Source of the DNA: the human T2T-CHM13v2.0 reference genome, Homo sapiens | Strand: one strand, 5' to 3' | Length of the DNA: 64,000 bases | NCBI RefSeq assembly: GCF_009914755.1 | Contig: NC_060944.1 | In this document: positions 40,012 to 59,348 of the stretch, in pieces | Position numbering within the stretch: position 1 is the stretch's first letter | How the letters are laid out: each line of letters begins with the position of its first letter | Made by a program: the position numbers and the translations under genes | Notes under the pieces: model-generated | The model's input: the letters and a program-made list of their open reading frames with translations, nothing else | What the model was told of the DNA's origin: nothing | Database searches by the model: none

Positions 40012-40491
40012 TAACCTATGTGTAGTAAAGTACACACATATCAAATGTACATCCTGATGCATTTTTTTCATCTGTGTACTGTGTGTGACTGACAGACAGT
40101 TAAAGTCCTCTAGTGGGTTTCACGTGCCCCTTGCCAGTGAATACTCTCACTCCTTGCTGAACACGAAGCACTATTCTGAACTCTGTTGTGACAGATTAAT
40201 TTCGTCTACTTTTGAACTTCACATAGATGGATTCATACAGCATATGATCTTATGTATCTCTTATTTTACTCAATATCACATTTATGAGAGATTCATAACT
40301 GTTTTTTGTAGTAGTATTTTATTCATTTTCATTGCTGACTAGTATTTTATAGCATAAATTGATTACAATTCTATTATTGATGAACATTTGGAAAGATTTC
40401 CAGCAGCATTGGCTATAACGAGAATTCTGTTATAAACATCCTTGAACATTTCTTCTGGTGGACGTTTGTACTGACTTAACTATGTACCCAT

Positions 40492-40916
40492 TGTGTTAGA
40501 CTGTTTTTGCGTTCCTATAAAGGAATACCTGATATTGTATAATTTATAAAGAAAAGAGCTTTAATTGGCCCATGGTTCTGCAGGCTGTACAGGAAGTCTG
40601 GTGCTGGCATCTGCTTGGATCCTGGTGAGGCCTCAGGAGGCTTCCAATCACGGTGGAAGGTGAAGGGAAGCAGGTGTGTCACATGGTCTAAGTGGGGGCA
40701 AGAGAAAGAGCAAAGGAATTCCAAGACTCTTTTAAACAATCAGATCTCATGTGACCTAACTAAGTAAGAACTCACTTACCACCTAGGTGATAGTGCTAAA
40801 CCATTCATCACGGATCAGCCTAATGATCCAGTCACCTGCTACCAGGCATCACCTCCAACATTGGGAATCACATTTCAATGTGAGATTTGGAGGGAACAAA
40901 CAACCAAACCACATCA
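40492..40916 (-). mobile_element. MSTB-like MaLR solo LTR
   Basis: CTATAAAGGAATACCTGA; GGTTCTGCAGGCTGTACAGGAAG; ends CCAAACCACATCA. Confidence 0.9.
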
Positions 40917-41251
40917 ACCACGAAGGGAGCTCTTAGCTTGCAGAATATGTATGTTTACCTTAGTAGAGGCTCCAAACAGTTTTCCAAAGTGCACAGTTTA
41001 TTATTTGATTTAGTTTCTGCTGTATTGTTTGTTGTTTATTTTTCTTATTATAAATAACCATGAAAAGAAAAATCCAGATTGAGCTATATAAAGGGATATT
41101 TGTTTGAACAAAAGCAATTATCTTTACAAAGTTTGTGGTAGATTTCATTAAGTAGTCAGTTTTTCACTCCAATCTGTTTTTCACTTTCAGTACAGTATTA
41201 AACAAATTACATGAGATACTCAACACTTTACTATAAAATAGGCTTTGTGTT

Positions 41252-41741
41252 TGTCCATCTATATAACCAAGAGAGAGGTTCTCTGAAAGAAAAAGATTCT
41301 TATTCAGAAGTAGGGCATTGCAAAGAGAATACTCACGTATTCTATGTGTGTATTCATGTAATACTCATATATTCATAAACTATGTGTGTATTCAGGTAAA
41401 GGAAGACAACGGTTTTTAAAGAAAATATTGAGGAGGATTACCTAATTGTTTTGAAATTATTATGCTTGGCTACAAAGACCCATAACAAGCATTATGGCAG
41501 TCTATGGTTGGACAGGCAGTTGCTGGGCAGATGTTCTTGCAGAATTGTTTTTTTTTGTACAAGGTTTTGTTGGCCTTTCTGTAAGGTTGAAATTTTTGCA
41601 GAGCTTTTTTTGATAGTTTTTGTTATCAGGCATACAAGCATGAGAAATCTCCTTCATGGCCTTTCCTGGGCTCTATTTGTCAGGGTTTGGTTTTTTTTTT
41701 TAAACACTAGTTGCTCCATCTTTGTTCTGATAACTTTGACA
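41252..41741 (-). mobile_element. MER67-like ERV1 solo LTR
   Basis: 4-bp TSD TGTT (41248-41251, 41742-41745); reverse strand begins TGTCAAAGTTATCAGAACAAAGATGGAG...AACCCTGACAAATAGAGCC. Confidence 0.82.
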
Positions 41742-41801
41742 TGTTAGATGATTTGGCTGAAGTGTAGGCTAATATAAATGTTCTGAGCATGTTTAAGAAA
41801 C

Positions 41802-42466
41802 TGGAGGGGCCAAGGTAAAATTCCTCCTTCACCCTCTGGAGATTTGCTGGAAATCAACTGTCAAAAACCACATGAATATGAGAAAATCCATACAAAAATT
41901 TATTTTCATGTGTACAGCATGAGGGAATCACAGGAGAATGATTATCCAATAATCCAATGTGATGCAGAAGCTTTTATACTCTTTCTTGTATGGGAGTGGG
42001 GAGATGGGGAACACAGATGATTCTTTTAAGGGACAGTAAGTCATTAGGGAGTGAATGGTCTGGGGAGGTGGGAGGCAGACATTAAGGGAAGATGAGGGAT
42101 GGAGCTGCACAGGAAAAAGATTGTTTTACAATGCACATAAAGCCCCCCAGGTAATCTCTTGGTGCTACTCTCTGAAGAATAGATAAAAAGTCTGTATGGG
42201 TGAAGTGATGACTATCAGTTGCTTCTCTCCTCTGGTGGTTGATCTTTTCTGGTAACTTGATGAGATCCTGAGGGAGGGTGTTTAAGACAATTGCATTTCT
42301 TTTGGAAGAAAACATTTTGGTCAGGTAAGGAAATTTCAGAGAGAGTCCTTTCTTAAACTTGGTTGGGGTCGGAAAGACCAGGTTAGAGAGACCTTGATTC
42401 TGAGGCAACTTCTAAGGCATCTCAGCATGTGCCAATCTTTGGGGTATCACTTTCTGAGCCTCAGTA
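41802..42466 (-). mobile_element. MER34/MER39-like ERV1 solo LTR
   Basis: reverse strand start GAGGCTCAGAAAGTGATACCCCAAAG...CATGCTGAG; interrupts Tigger4. Confidence 0.7.
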
Positions 42467-42635
42467 GTACACTAGGGTAAGTGATAATGTTTCAATAGCT
42501 TGAGTGTATTAAATGCAATTTCAACTTATGATATTTTCAATTGATGATGTGTTCATTGGGATGTAACCCCATCATAAGACAAGAAACATCTGTATTAGAG
42601 AAGTTCTGATTCCTTGCATCCTTAATGCATTTGGC

Positions 42636-43635
42636 TATGAGAAATAAAAATACAGTACTAAGCCCTCCAATTGACTGAACGGACCCCCTCTTGGCCAAAG
42701 GGACCCCAGAGAAAGCTCAAAAACAGAGTTCCCAGCCAAGATGCAATGGGAGGTCAGAGGCACCTCTTTATTCCCTCTCCCTTGCTAACCATGACTAGGC
42801 TTTCTTCCATAAGGGCTAAATAGAAACCAGCCCTTTTAAAAGCCTCTGCCACAGCTATCAACCAATAGGCTGGTGCTGCCCCTCTTTTATGGTTTCAAGA
42901 CTATGAAATTGACCAGCATTCCTTCCTGATAAGAGACCACCAGTCACAGAGTGGTTCTGGCCAATCTGCATGGGCTCTTGAAGGGGTATGAAGCTCAACT
43001 GCACATGGGACATTTCTCCTTACATAAATATTCATGACTCCTCCTATAGCTTATTGTATTAGTCCGTTCTCACACTATAAATAAATACCTGAAACTGGGT
43101 TGTTTATACAGGAAGAGGTTTAATTGGCTCATGGTTCTTCAGGCTGTACAGGAAACATGGCTGGGAAGGCCTCAGGAAACCTACAATAGGCAGAAGGTGA
43201 AGGGGATGCAGGTGTCTTAAATGGCCAGAGCAGGAGGAAGAGAGAGAAGGGGGAGGTACTACGCACTTTTAAAGAACCAGATTTCATGAGAACTCACTCA
43301 CTATCATGAGAATAGCAAGGGGGGCATCTGTCTCCGTGATCCAGTCACCTCGGACCAGCAGGCCCTTCCTCCAACATTGGGGATTACAATTCGACACGAG
43401 ATTTGGGAGGGGACACATATCCAAACCATATCACTTATTAAATATATATATTAAGCCATTCCACTCAGCATAAATCTCTATTCCCTTTGTCCCTCCCTCA
43501 AAGTCTGTTTCCAGTATCTTGTTGGAAGCTGTGCTTCCCAGCCTGTCAGAATGGCCACTCTGCGAGCTGCAACCCTTTATGAGAAATACAGCTCTCCTTT
43601 CCAACTTTAGGAACCTCATCATTCTTCAGATGACA
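42636..43635 (+). mobile_element. MER50-like ERV1 solo LTR interrupted by MSTA
   Basis: GACTGAACGGACCCCCTCTTGGCCAAAGGGACCCCAGAGAAA; ends CATTCTTCAGATGACA. Confidence 0.85.
43055..43433 (-). mobile_element. MSTA-like MaLR solo LTR
   Basis: TGTATTAGTCCGTTCTCAC...CCAAACCATATCA; perfect TSD CTTAT (43050-43054, 43434-43438). Confidence 0.94.
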
Positions 43636-43795
43636 AAGTTATAACTTGATGAACATGGTGATTGAAAGTACAGGGTGCTAAGACATTATACATGAGGGGG
43701 AACATAACCTGCAGCATCAAGTGAGATTTCACTGAAGAAGACTTCTTTAGTTTTTAATGTGTGCATGATTTTCTTTAGTTTGGAATTTTGAATAT

Positions 43796-44529
43796 TGTTG
43801 TGGATTAAGTTGTATCTTCCTCCAAAAAGCATGTGGGAGTCCTAACCCTAAGTACCTCAGAAGGTAACTTTGTTTAGGTCTTTACAGAGGTAATCAAATT
43901 AAAGTGAGGTCATTAGACTAACCTGTAATCCAGTACAACTGGTAGTTAGGATACAAGTCTTCATAGAGGAAAGATGACAAGAGGACACAAGGAGAAGGCC
44001 ATGTACAAGCCAAGGGATGTCTTAGGCTACCAGAAGCTATGAGAGGGGCTTGCAACAGACTATTCTTCCACATAGCTTCCAGATGGACCCAACACTGCCA
44101 GAATCTGAATTTTGAACTTCTAGCCTTCAGAACTGCAAGATAATAAATGTCTAGTTTTTCGGCCAGGCGCAGTGGCTCATGCCTATAATCCCAGCACTTT
44201 GGGAGGCCAAGGTGGGCAGATCACCTGAGGTCAGGAGTTTGAGACCAACCTGGCCAACATGGTGAAAGCCCATCTCTACTAATAATACAAAAATTAACTG
44301 GGCATGGTGGCAGGTGCCTGTAATCCCAGCTACTCAGGACGCTGAGGCAAGAAGAATTGATCGAACCTGGGAAGTGGAGGTTGCAGTGAGTGGAGATTGC
44401 ACCATTGCTCTCCAGACTGGGCAATAGGTTGAGACTCTGTCTCAAAGAAAAAAAAAGATAATAAATTTTTACTTTTTAAGTCACCCTTTTTGTGGTATCT
44501 TGTTATGGCATCACTAGGAAACTATTGCA
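43796..44529 (+). mobile_element. MLT1C-like MaLR LTR interrupted by an Alu
   Basis: TSD AATAT (43791-43795, 44530-44534); GGCTACCAGAAGCTA, CTAGCCTTCAGAACTG. Confidence 0.88.
44161..44456 (+). mobile_element. full-length AluS (Sx-like)
   Basis: GATCACCTGAGGTCAGGAGTTTGAGACC; flanking AAGATAATAAAT repeat. Confidence 0.95.
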
Positions 44530-45140
44530 AATATCTCAATTTCTTCAAATCACATTGCTTTAACTAAAATCCTCAATTCTTACCCTCACTGTGTTTGAAA
44601 AGTTCTTAAGCAAAGGATACTATATTTCTGTTATATAATTTGATGTTATTCCTGTTGCCTTTTAATTTTTTTCTATTTATTTTGAAATAATTTCAGACTT
44701 ACAAAGCAACTGCAGACTTCTAGACAGAAGAATTAGATACACTTTTCACTCTTCTTGTCATTAAGTACAACTAAAAACTTTGGGCATTATATGTGAAATG
44801 TACACAAGAAAACTCTGCAAGGTGGAGAAAGAAACATAAAGGTTAGGAATTTTGGGGCCAAGAAATGACATGGTGGTGAGTTCCTTGGATTATCTGAGCA
44901 AGTCAATAAAGGAAAGATAGTCTTCTCAATAAGCAATGCTGGAATAATTGGACATCCATATGCAAACAAAATTAATCTAGACACTAATTTTACACCTTTC
45001 ACAAAAGTTAATTTAAAAATTGATAATATTATGTCTTAAACATAAAGACAAAACCATCAAACTTCTAGAAGAAAACATGAGTAAAAAAGTATGTGACTTG
45101 GGTTTAGTGATGAATTTTAGATACAACTCCAAAAGCACAA

Positions 45141-45348
45141 TTTGTTTTCCATTTGCTTGGTAGATCGTCCTCCATCCCTTTATTTTGAGCCTATGTGTGT
45201 CTCTGCCTGTGAGATGGGTCTCCTGAATACAGCACACTGATGGATCTTGATTCTTAATTGAATTTGCCAGTCTGTGTCTTTTAATTGGAGCATTTAGCCC
45301 ATTTACATTTAAGGTTGATATTGTTATGTGTGAATTTGATCCTGTCAT
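45141..45348 (-). pseudogene. L1 ORF2p N-terminus (start of endonuclease domain), cut by the inversion
   Basis: MTGSNSHITISTLNVNGLNAPIKRHRLA...CCIQETHL. Confidence 0.93.
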
Positions 45349-45411
45349 TATTATGTTAGCTGGTTATTTTGCTCGTTAGTTGATGCAGCTTCTTCCTAGC
45401 ATCAATGGTCT

Positions 45412-45929
45412 TTACAATTTGGCATGTTTTTGCAGTGGCTGGTACTGGTTTTTCCTTTCTGTGTTTAGTGCTTCCCTTGGGAGCTCTGGTAAGGCAGGCC
45501 TGGTGGTGACAAAATCTCTCAGCATTTGCTTGTCTGTAAAGAACTTTATTTCTCCTTTGCTTATGAAGCTTAGTTTGGCTGGATATAGATTCTGGGTTGA
45601 AAATTCTTTTCTTTAAGAATGTTGAATATTGGCCCCCACTCTCTTCTGGCTTGTAGAGTTTCTGCCGAGAGATCTGCTTTTAGTCTGTTGGGCTTCCCTT
45701 TGTGGGTAACCCGACCTTTTTCTCTGGCAGCCCTTAACATTTTTTCCTTCATTTCAACTTTGGTGAATCTGACAATTACGTGTCTTGGAGTTGCTCTTCT
45801 GGAGGAGTATCTTTGTGGCGTTATCTGTATTTCCTGGATTTGAATGTTGGCCTGCCTTGCTAGGTTGGGGAAGTTCTCCTGGATAATATCCTGAAGAGTG
45901 TTGTCCAACTGGGTTCCATTCTCCCCATC
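45412..45929 (-). pseudogene. L1 ORF1p C-terminal half, disrupted (in inverted block)
   Basis: ORF 45570-45908 NTLQDIIQENFPNLARQANIQIQEIQ...RFTKVEMKEKMLRAAREKG; frameshifted. Confidence 0.93.
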
Positions 45930-49512
<3,583 letters not shown>

Positions 49513-50104
49513 ACAATGAGAACACTTGGACACACGGTGGGGAACATCACACACCGCGGCCTGTTGTGGGGTGGGTGGAGTGGGGAGGGATAGCATTAGG
49601 AGATATACCTAATGTAAATGACGAGTTAATGGGTTCAGTACACCAACATGGCACATGTACACATATGTAACAAACCTGCACGTTGTGCACACGTACTCTA
49701 GAACTTAAAGTATATATATATAAAAAAGCAGAATTTGTGAAAGAAAAATATTGATGAATGGACTCTATTAATACAAAAGCCCTCCTCTGTGAAAGTCACT
49801 CTTAAAAGAATGAAAAGCTAAGCCATGGACTGGGTGGGAGAAAATAATCACAAAACAGATATTTCATAAAAGATGTGTATCTAAAATACAAAAAGAACTC
49901 TTAAACTTCAACAATAAGAAAAATCCCCAACAATTTAAAAATGAGCAAAAGATCTGAACAGACACCTCACCAAAAAAGACACATGGCAAATATACATATA
50001 AAAAGATACCTAATAACAATTGTCATTTGCAAGTTAAAACAACAATGTCATACCATCACATGCAGTAGAATGGTTAAAATCCAGAAAAACAATTCACATC
50101 TAAA

Positions 50105-52420
50105 GCCATTATTGTTATAGTTGGATTGGTACTGGTATGATTCTAACTGTTTTGTTACACTTGTTCTTTCTTTTTTACCCTCTTTTTTTTTTTTTTTTTT
50201 TTGCCTTCTCTGGTTTTAAATGATATTTTGCATGATTCCATCTTATTTTTTCTGAGTATCTCCACTGTTCTTCTATCTAAATTTTTAGTGGTTACCCTAG
50301 AATTTGAAAGAAACATTTAAATCTAATCTAAGTGCCCCCTCAAAACAACACCACTTGTGTATTACAGATGCCTTACAACGAAGCATTTCCAATCCCTCCC
50401 TCCCATTCCTTAGGGGTGACCGACATTTCATATTACTACTTCATATACTATAATCATCCAGTACATTATTACTATTATTATTTTAAAAGCAAGTTACCTT
50501 TAAATTATGAATAAGCACATACAATATTTTATCTTAATTTATTCCTTCTTTGATGCTCTTTTTTTTCTTAATGTAGGTCTGAGTTTCTGGCCTATATTAC
50601 TTCTTTCTGGAGAACTACTTTTCACATTTCTTCCAGGACAATTTTGCTGGTGATAAAATCCCTTCATCCTTTTGTTTATTTGAAAATCTTTCTTCTTCAC
50701 TTTTGAAGGATAATTTCACTGGATCTAGAAGTGAGTTTTTTGTTCAATACTTTGAATATGGCCTCTGATGAGAAATCTGATAATTTCCACATTTTATCCT
50801 CATATAACGTCAGAGTTTATTTTTTGGCTTCTTTCAAGATTGTCTCTTTGTATCTGGTATTCTGCAATTTTAATACTTACATTTAATGTAAGGTGTACTT
50901 ACATTTTTGAAATTTGTTTTGTTGGTGTTTACTAAATTTGTTCAATCCATGGTTTGTTGCCTATCATTAATCTTGGAAAGTTCTCAGCCATTATTACTTT
51001 AAATATTTCTTCTCCTCCATTTTTTCTTTTGAAATTATTCGAGTTTTTTTTTAAAATTTTCTGTTCTGTTTCTTTTTATTTTTTTGTCTTTTGTACTTTA
51101 GTTTGGGAGGTTTCTGTTGAGCTGTTTTCAGCCTCACAAATTCTTTCCTGTTTGTACCAAGTCTGCTTATGAGATCGTCAAAGGAATTCTTCATTTCTGT
51201 TACAACATTTTTTATTTCTAGCATTTTTGTTTTTCCCTTAGAATTTCCATCTTTCTGTTTACATCATCCATCTGTCCTTGCATGTTGAACACTTGCTCTC
51301 ATTACAGCTCTTCATATATTAATCCTATTTTTTTAATTCTCTGATAATTCCAACATCTGTGGCATATTTGAATCTCCATCTAACGCTTGTTTTGGCTTAC
51401 TTGGTTCTGAAGGCTTTTTTTGTTTTTGCCTTTTTGCATACCTTTTAATTTTTTTGTGTGTGTGGAAAGTCAGATATCCTGTATTTGGTAAAAGAAACTG
51501 TAGTAAATAGGCCCATGGTATAAAGTTTTATGTTATCTTTCCTACCAGTTGGGCTGTGTTAAATTTTTGCTACATCTAAATATGTCAGAGGCCTTAAATT
51601 CCCATAGTTTCCTTTTTTCCTTTTTCTTTTCCTCCTTTCTTGAGTTTGGGGGATCCCTAAATACTTCTGCTTAGAAAGAGTCTGCCTCTTGCAGCTCTTT
51701 TAGTATTATACCATTCTTATTACATGGAGCCCTCTTGATGTATCTCTAACGTCTACGAGAAGAGAAGGGGTCAATAACCTTACAATTAAACCCGTCTTTT
51801 AGTGGCCAGTGTCTCTGGGATGCGACCTCTACAGGTGCCTCTTCAGGTTTCTATTCCCTTAGATGAGACCCAAAGGTTGGGACTGGAAGGGGCACAGCTA
51901 AGTGGAAAAATCCTCTTCTCCCAGGTGAGAGAGTTAAAGCCTTTCCTCCTGTTAAAGAGGAGGCTCTAGGTGTATTTCCGTATGATTAACCTTCTTCCCC
52001 TGCCAGAGCCACAGGGGATCTTTTTCAGCTCTTCATCATGAAAACCTGTGAGGGTTACTGAGCCAGCATCCACAAAATTATAGGCTCCTGCCCCGCTCCC
52101 CCGTCAAGACTGTGGTGTATAGAATTTTTCATTTTCAGAGTAGCCCACACTCAGCTACCCAAGATTCATCAAAATGGCTATTTAAGTGTTTCTATCAGTT
52201 TATGGCTGCAGTGGCTTCTGCTGTAAGTAAGCAGATCACAGCTGCGACTGTCTGGGTTCATCTGTATCTCTAAATTTTGTGGTTGTGGTTTGCCCTCAGA
52301 ACTCGGTTCTTTGGTTCAATGAAGGTTGTTCATTTACAGTTTGTTCAGCTTTTTCTTGTTGTAAGTGTGGAAGTGATATGTTCCAAGATCTTTAAAGATC
52401 TGAGGCAAGACTAGAAGTCC
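50105..52420 (-). mobile_element. old L1 (L1MC/MD-type) 5'UTR-ORF1 region, antisense
   Basis: T-rich antisense ORF1 motifs (TTTGAAGGATAATTTCACTGGAT, TCTGATGAGAAATCTG); reverse strand begins GGACTTCTAG...ACAACAAGAAAAAGCTGAACAAACTG. Confidence 0.7.
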
Positions 52421-52424
52421 TTAC

Positions 52425-54106
<1,682 letters not shown>

Positions 54107-54359
54107 GCTGCAGTCCTCAAATTTTGTGTCTGATTGTGATAGCTGATATTGAATAGAGGAACACAGGGTACAAATGGAGAGTGAATTTTCAAAACTCTGG
54201 AATAACCTTATAAACAGTGAAGACCCTGTTTTACTCCGAAGATGAACCCAGTGTTTGAGTTTACATGGGACATTTTGGGAAATATTCCCTACTACTCTTA
54301 TCTGGTTGATTACACTTGTAAAAGGCTAAAGGTTAAAACATTAAAAACAAGCCAGTGAT

Positions 54360-54672
<313 letters not shown>

Positions 54673-54699
54673 AAAAAGAATCCAGTGACAAATGAAAAA

Positions 54700-55760
<1,061 letters not shown>

Positions 55761-55981
55761 ATGTCACATTTGAAAGGTGAGCAGTGATTGGTTAGTTATG
55801 AGAATATTGTTCTGAGGGCAAAGATGGCATTTCAGAAGGAAGGAAACTGTAGGAAGTCCCTAAGACTGAGAATCTAGAATTTGAAAGGAGGGAAATATCT
55901 CAGTCTCACATGCCACTGGAGGAGAGAGAGAAGACAAGCTGAGCTGGAGGGCTCGGCAGGCTTTTAGGATGTACTAAAAAC

Positions 55982-56608
55982 TGAGGGCTATCCCAGTTAG
56001 GCTTACCAAACTTAACCTGCCTCACTTGTTTTTCACTTACTTGCTTTTAGTTGATTTTAAGACCCATATAGCTAAAAGTCATGTAGCTAAACACTATATA
56101 ACTAAATTCCCACCAGCTTCCTTATAGATGACATCTTTGATGTATGGGGCACCTCAGTAACAGTTGCCTAAGTTGTTTTGCAGGAATTTGGTGTTAGCTC
56201 TTTTCCAGTTCAAGCCAGTTGAGACCAGTGACCCTTCAATTGGGCCTGTGTGAGTGTCCAGTGGGTGACCTTTTGATGTCAGAGAGCCAAAAACTCCACA
56301 GTTAGATTATGATAATAACACCATTTTGTGAACATGCATCCTATGAAAAGCCAGGAAGTTTGACTATGCTTACACAGATCACTGAGTACTTTCCCTTACC
56401 TCCAACCATCTCTCCCCATGCCTCAGACCACCCTGTTTTCAGCCCATAAATATTTTGAAATCCTATATTCAGGGAGGCAGAGTTGAGGCCTGTCTTCCCG
56501 GCTCCTTGCTTGGTTGCCTTGTGAGTAAACCCTTTCTCTGCTGCAAAACTCATCTTCTCAGTGATTGGCTCACTGCATGATGGGCAAAACTGGCCTGGTT
56601 CAGTAAAA
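55982..56608 (+). mobile_element. ERV1 MER4-group solo LTR, subfamily undetermined, inside an L2 relic
   Basis: TTCAGGGAGGCAGAGTTGAG; AGTAAACCCTTTCTCTGCTGCAAAAC...CTCAGTGATTGGC 3' architecture like the LTR8 in this window. Confidence 0.7.
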
Positions 56609-57049
56609 TGCTGAGTATTTTTAACATTTTAAACTTTAATTCCAATGCAGTTGGACACCCTTAAAAGTTTTTAAACAGAGGAGTGATAAAATCAGATGTG
56701 TGTTGTAGAAAGATCATTCTGATTTTATTAGAAATAGATTAGAGGTATGACAAGGGACTTATACTTTATATCCAACCATTTTATCTCTCTGTAACTTATT
56801 TTTGGCACATGGTATGATACAGATATTCGACTCTTTTAGTCTGTAGATGAGAACTTTTCTCAGCATCACTTAATTAAAAAATAACCTATTTTGCTTTGAC
56901 TTACATTGCAAAAGAACACACACCGATTCCCTCAAAAATAGATATTAAGTGCCCACTATATCTCAGGGACCATTCTAGAAATTGGAATAGAGAAGTAAAT
57001 AAAATAGACAGAAGTCCTTGCCATTGTGAATGCTCTGTGACCTATAATA

Positions 57050-57163
57050 TTTATTTAGAATAATTATCTAATTATTTTAGAATAATTAGATATAATTAGA
57101 AAATTATTTTAGAATAATTAGATACTTTATTAGATAAATTAATTTATCTAATGAAAATTAGAT
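57050..57163. repeat. AT-rich quasi-palindromic repeat
   Basis: three TTAGAATAATTA units; perfect 24-bp palindrome 57129-57152. Confidence 0.85.
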
Positions 57164-58049
57164 ATTTTTTCCCCAGGGTTTTACCTGTGCATGCGATTGT
57201 ATGTATGTATTCATCTATATCTTTTTATAGTTTAAAAATACCCCATAATCCCACAATGCAGAAAATAATATCAAAAACTTTGATGTATATCATTACAAAC
57301 ACCAATGCAACTTAAATTTTTCATTTGAAATGGTGTAATACATTTTATTTTATTTTTGTAAACTTTTTCCCCTCAATATATCTTGAATATCTTGCCAGAC
57401 TCTTAACTGTTATTGTACAATATAATTTTGATTTGCTCACTAGCATTCTCTTGTATTCCTATACCATAAATTATTTCACTTATCCCACAATCTGTCTAAA
57501 AGAGAGTGATTAAATTGAAGAAAGTAAATTGTTCTGCATAATAAACCGATTTTTTTCCCTTGGTGGCCCTAGAGTAACAGATATGGGGCAATTTATTGAA
57601 AGTCAGTTCACCGATTGGTCTATTCACTGAAAGTGGGGGCTCTATAGATGACAATATAAGAAGAAATGAGGGAAATGACTTGATATGAAAGGAGATTTTT
57701 CTAGAATTAGGGTGGCATTGTGACCCAAGAAGAGAGATGACCACTGGGGGCTAACAGTGTGGATCACCAGTAGATTGTAATAGATTTGGTAACTGGTATT
57801 TAATTTCAAACTGTTCTGTTGCCTCAAAAATTCTCCAAAGTATTGAGTGAAAAATGAAATTTCTGCAAAGAGATGTGAACCAAAGGCTCAAGTTATGTAT
57901 TTTTAATAAAATGCAAAAGGACAAGGCAAAAATGTTAAATAAAACTTACACTTTCACTACATTTTTGAGGCATAATTGTTTACTCTGGTATAATTACTAG
58001 TAGAGGTATTGCAAAATGAAAGAAAATGCATTCTATTGTCCATATAGAG

Positions 58050-58290
58050 ACAATGTATCATAGTGGTCAGGAGTTCGTGTTTCAAATCAGAAAGGGCTGG
58101 GTTAGAATTTTGGTTCTGCCACTTGCTTGCTGGGCAATTTGGTACCTGTCTCTTTCCAAGGATCTGTTTTCTTGTACAGAAGCACGGGAGTAACATGAGA
58201 ATCTAGCAGGCAGGGCTGTGATGAGGACCAAATGATGCCTATGATGTATTGGCCACAGTGCTTGGCATATCAGCTAAAAGGTGTTGAGTT
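58050..58290 (+). mobile_element. near full-length MIR
   Basis: CATAGTGGTCAGGAG...TTCTGCCACTTGCTTGCTG...CACAGTGCTTGGCATAT. Confidence 0.75.
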
Positions 58291-59158
58291 TATGTGTTAA
58301 AGATGGTGGTGGTGATGACATAACACACACTGGCTGAAAGCTTTTGATACATACCACGAAGTTGACCTCTGTAGAGTTTGTATCAAATTATATTTCCACC
58401 ATTGCATATAAGCAGTCATTCTCCCACATTCACATGGGAATTACAGTGTGTAAATCATGAGTAATTTGAATTAAGTGTCAGGTGTCTATTCAGTGACTTT
58501 TTGTTGAACGCATAGTCTGTGCAGGTCATTTGGTCCAGCACCAAAAGACTTAGAATGAATTAGACAGATTCAGGCTCTGTACTCCCAGAGCTTATAGTCT
58601 AGGGAATGTTCCTCTTTGCTCACTGATTTACAAAGATACCAAGTTTTTCTTTTCTTTTTTGCCTTTCTGTAAAATATTTATTTCATCAAAAGTTGATTTA
58701 AAAATAATGAAGTTTTAACTAATTCAATTATACTGTTAAAATAAGTTTGCTCAAACGAATTACTGTAATCTATATGAGTTTGAACTTTTTTTAGCCAAGA
58801 CTTTTTCTGGCAACACATTGTCCTATTTTTTGGTAAACATTTAATTTTATTTACGCAATTTATGTTGTAGAGAATTCTTAGATTTCAGTAGTTTTCTGCC
58901 TGCTGCAATACTCAGCCTCTGGGAGATGTCTTGTGATCTTGCCTTACTGCTCACTGAAGCTGTTTTCTATGAAAGGAAGCTCACGTCCACCTGTTAGAGA
59001 ATGTCCAGTTTCTAGCATTTTTCTCTTTCACAGGATGGGAGATTGCAAGTGGGTCCTCTATGGCTTCATCTAACTGGGACTTTCTGACCTCTGTGTGGAA
59101 GACAGTTCTTAAAAATTTAAATGTGATAGCACTTTTCTCATTTTCCAGAACTTCCACA

Positions 59159-59348
59159 TTCCCTCCCTCTCTTCCTCCCTCCCTCCTTTCCTCCTTCCCT
59201 CCCTCCCTCCCTCCTTCCCTCCTTCCCTCCTTCCCTCCTTCCTTCCTTGCTTCCTTCCTTCCTTCCTTCCTTCCTTCCCTCCCCCGCCTGGCTCCCTCCC
59301 CTCCCCTCCTCCGATCCTCCCTTCCTCTCTCCTTCCCTCCTTCCTTCC
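59159..59348. repeat. (CCTT/CCCT)n polypyrimidine tract
   Basis: about 190 bp almost entirely C/T. Confidence 0.95.

Larger units (their letters stand above)
39220..41000 (-). mobile_element. old L1M 3' fragment hosting LTR8 and MSTB
   Basis: TTTATTGCAATGTAAC|CTATGTGTAGTAAAGTACACA is collinear across the LTR8 TSD. Confidence 0.7.
41150..42592. mobile_element. Tigger4/Zombi-like DNA transposon split by two LTRs
   Basis: pieces 41150-41251, 41742-41801 and 42467-42592 join into TTCACTTTCAGTACAGTATT...GGCTTTGTGTT|AGATGATTT...GTAACCCCATCATAAG...CATCTG followed by TA. Confidence 0.82.

Noticed and set aside
44714-44910. Old L1 5' end joined to ORF2 3' region as a spliced retrocopy
   Set aside because: The donor-like GTG|GTGAGT (44876) and bases after it are retained, so a deletion or juxtaposition fits better than splicing.
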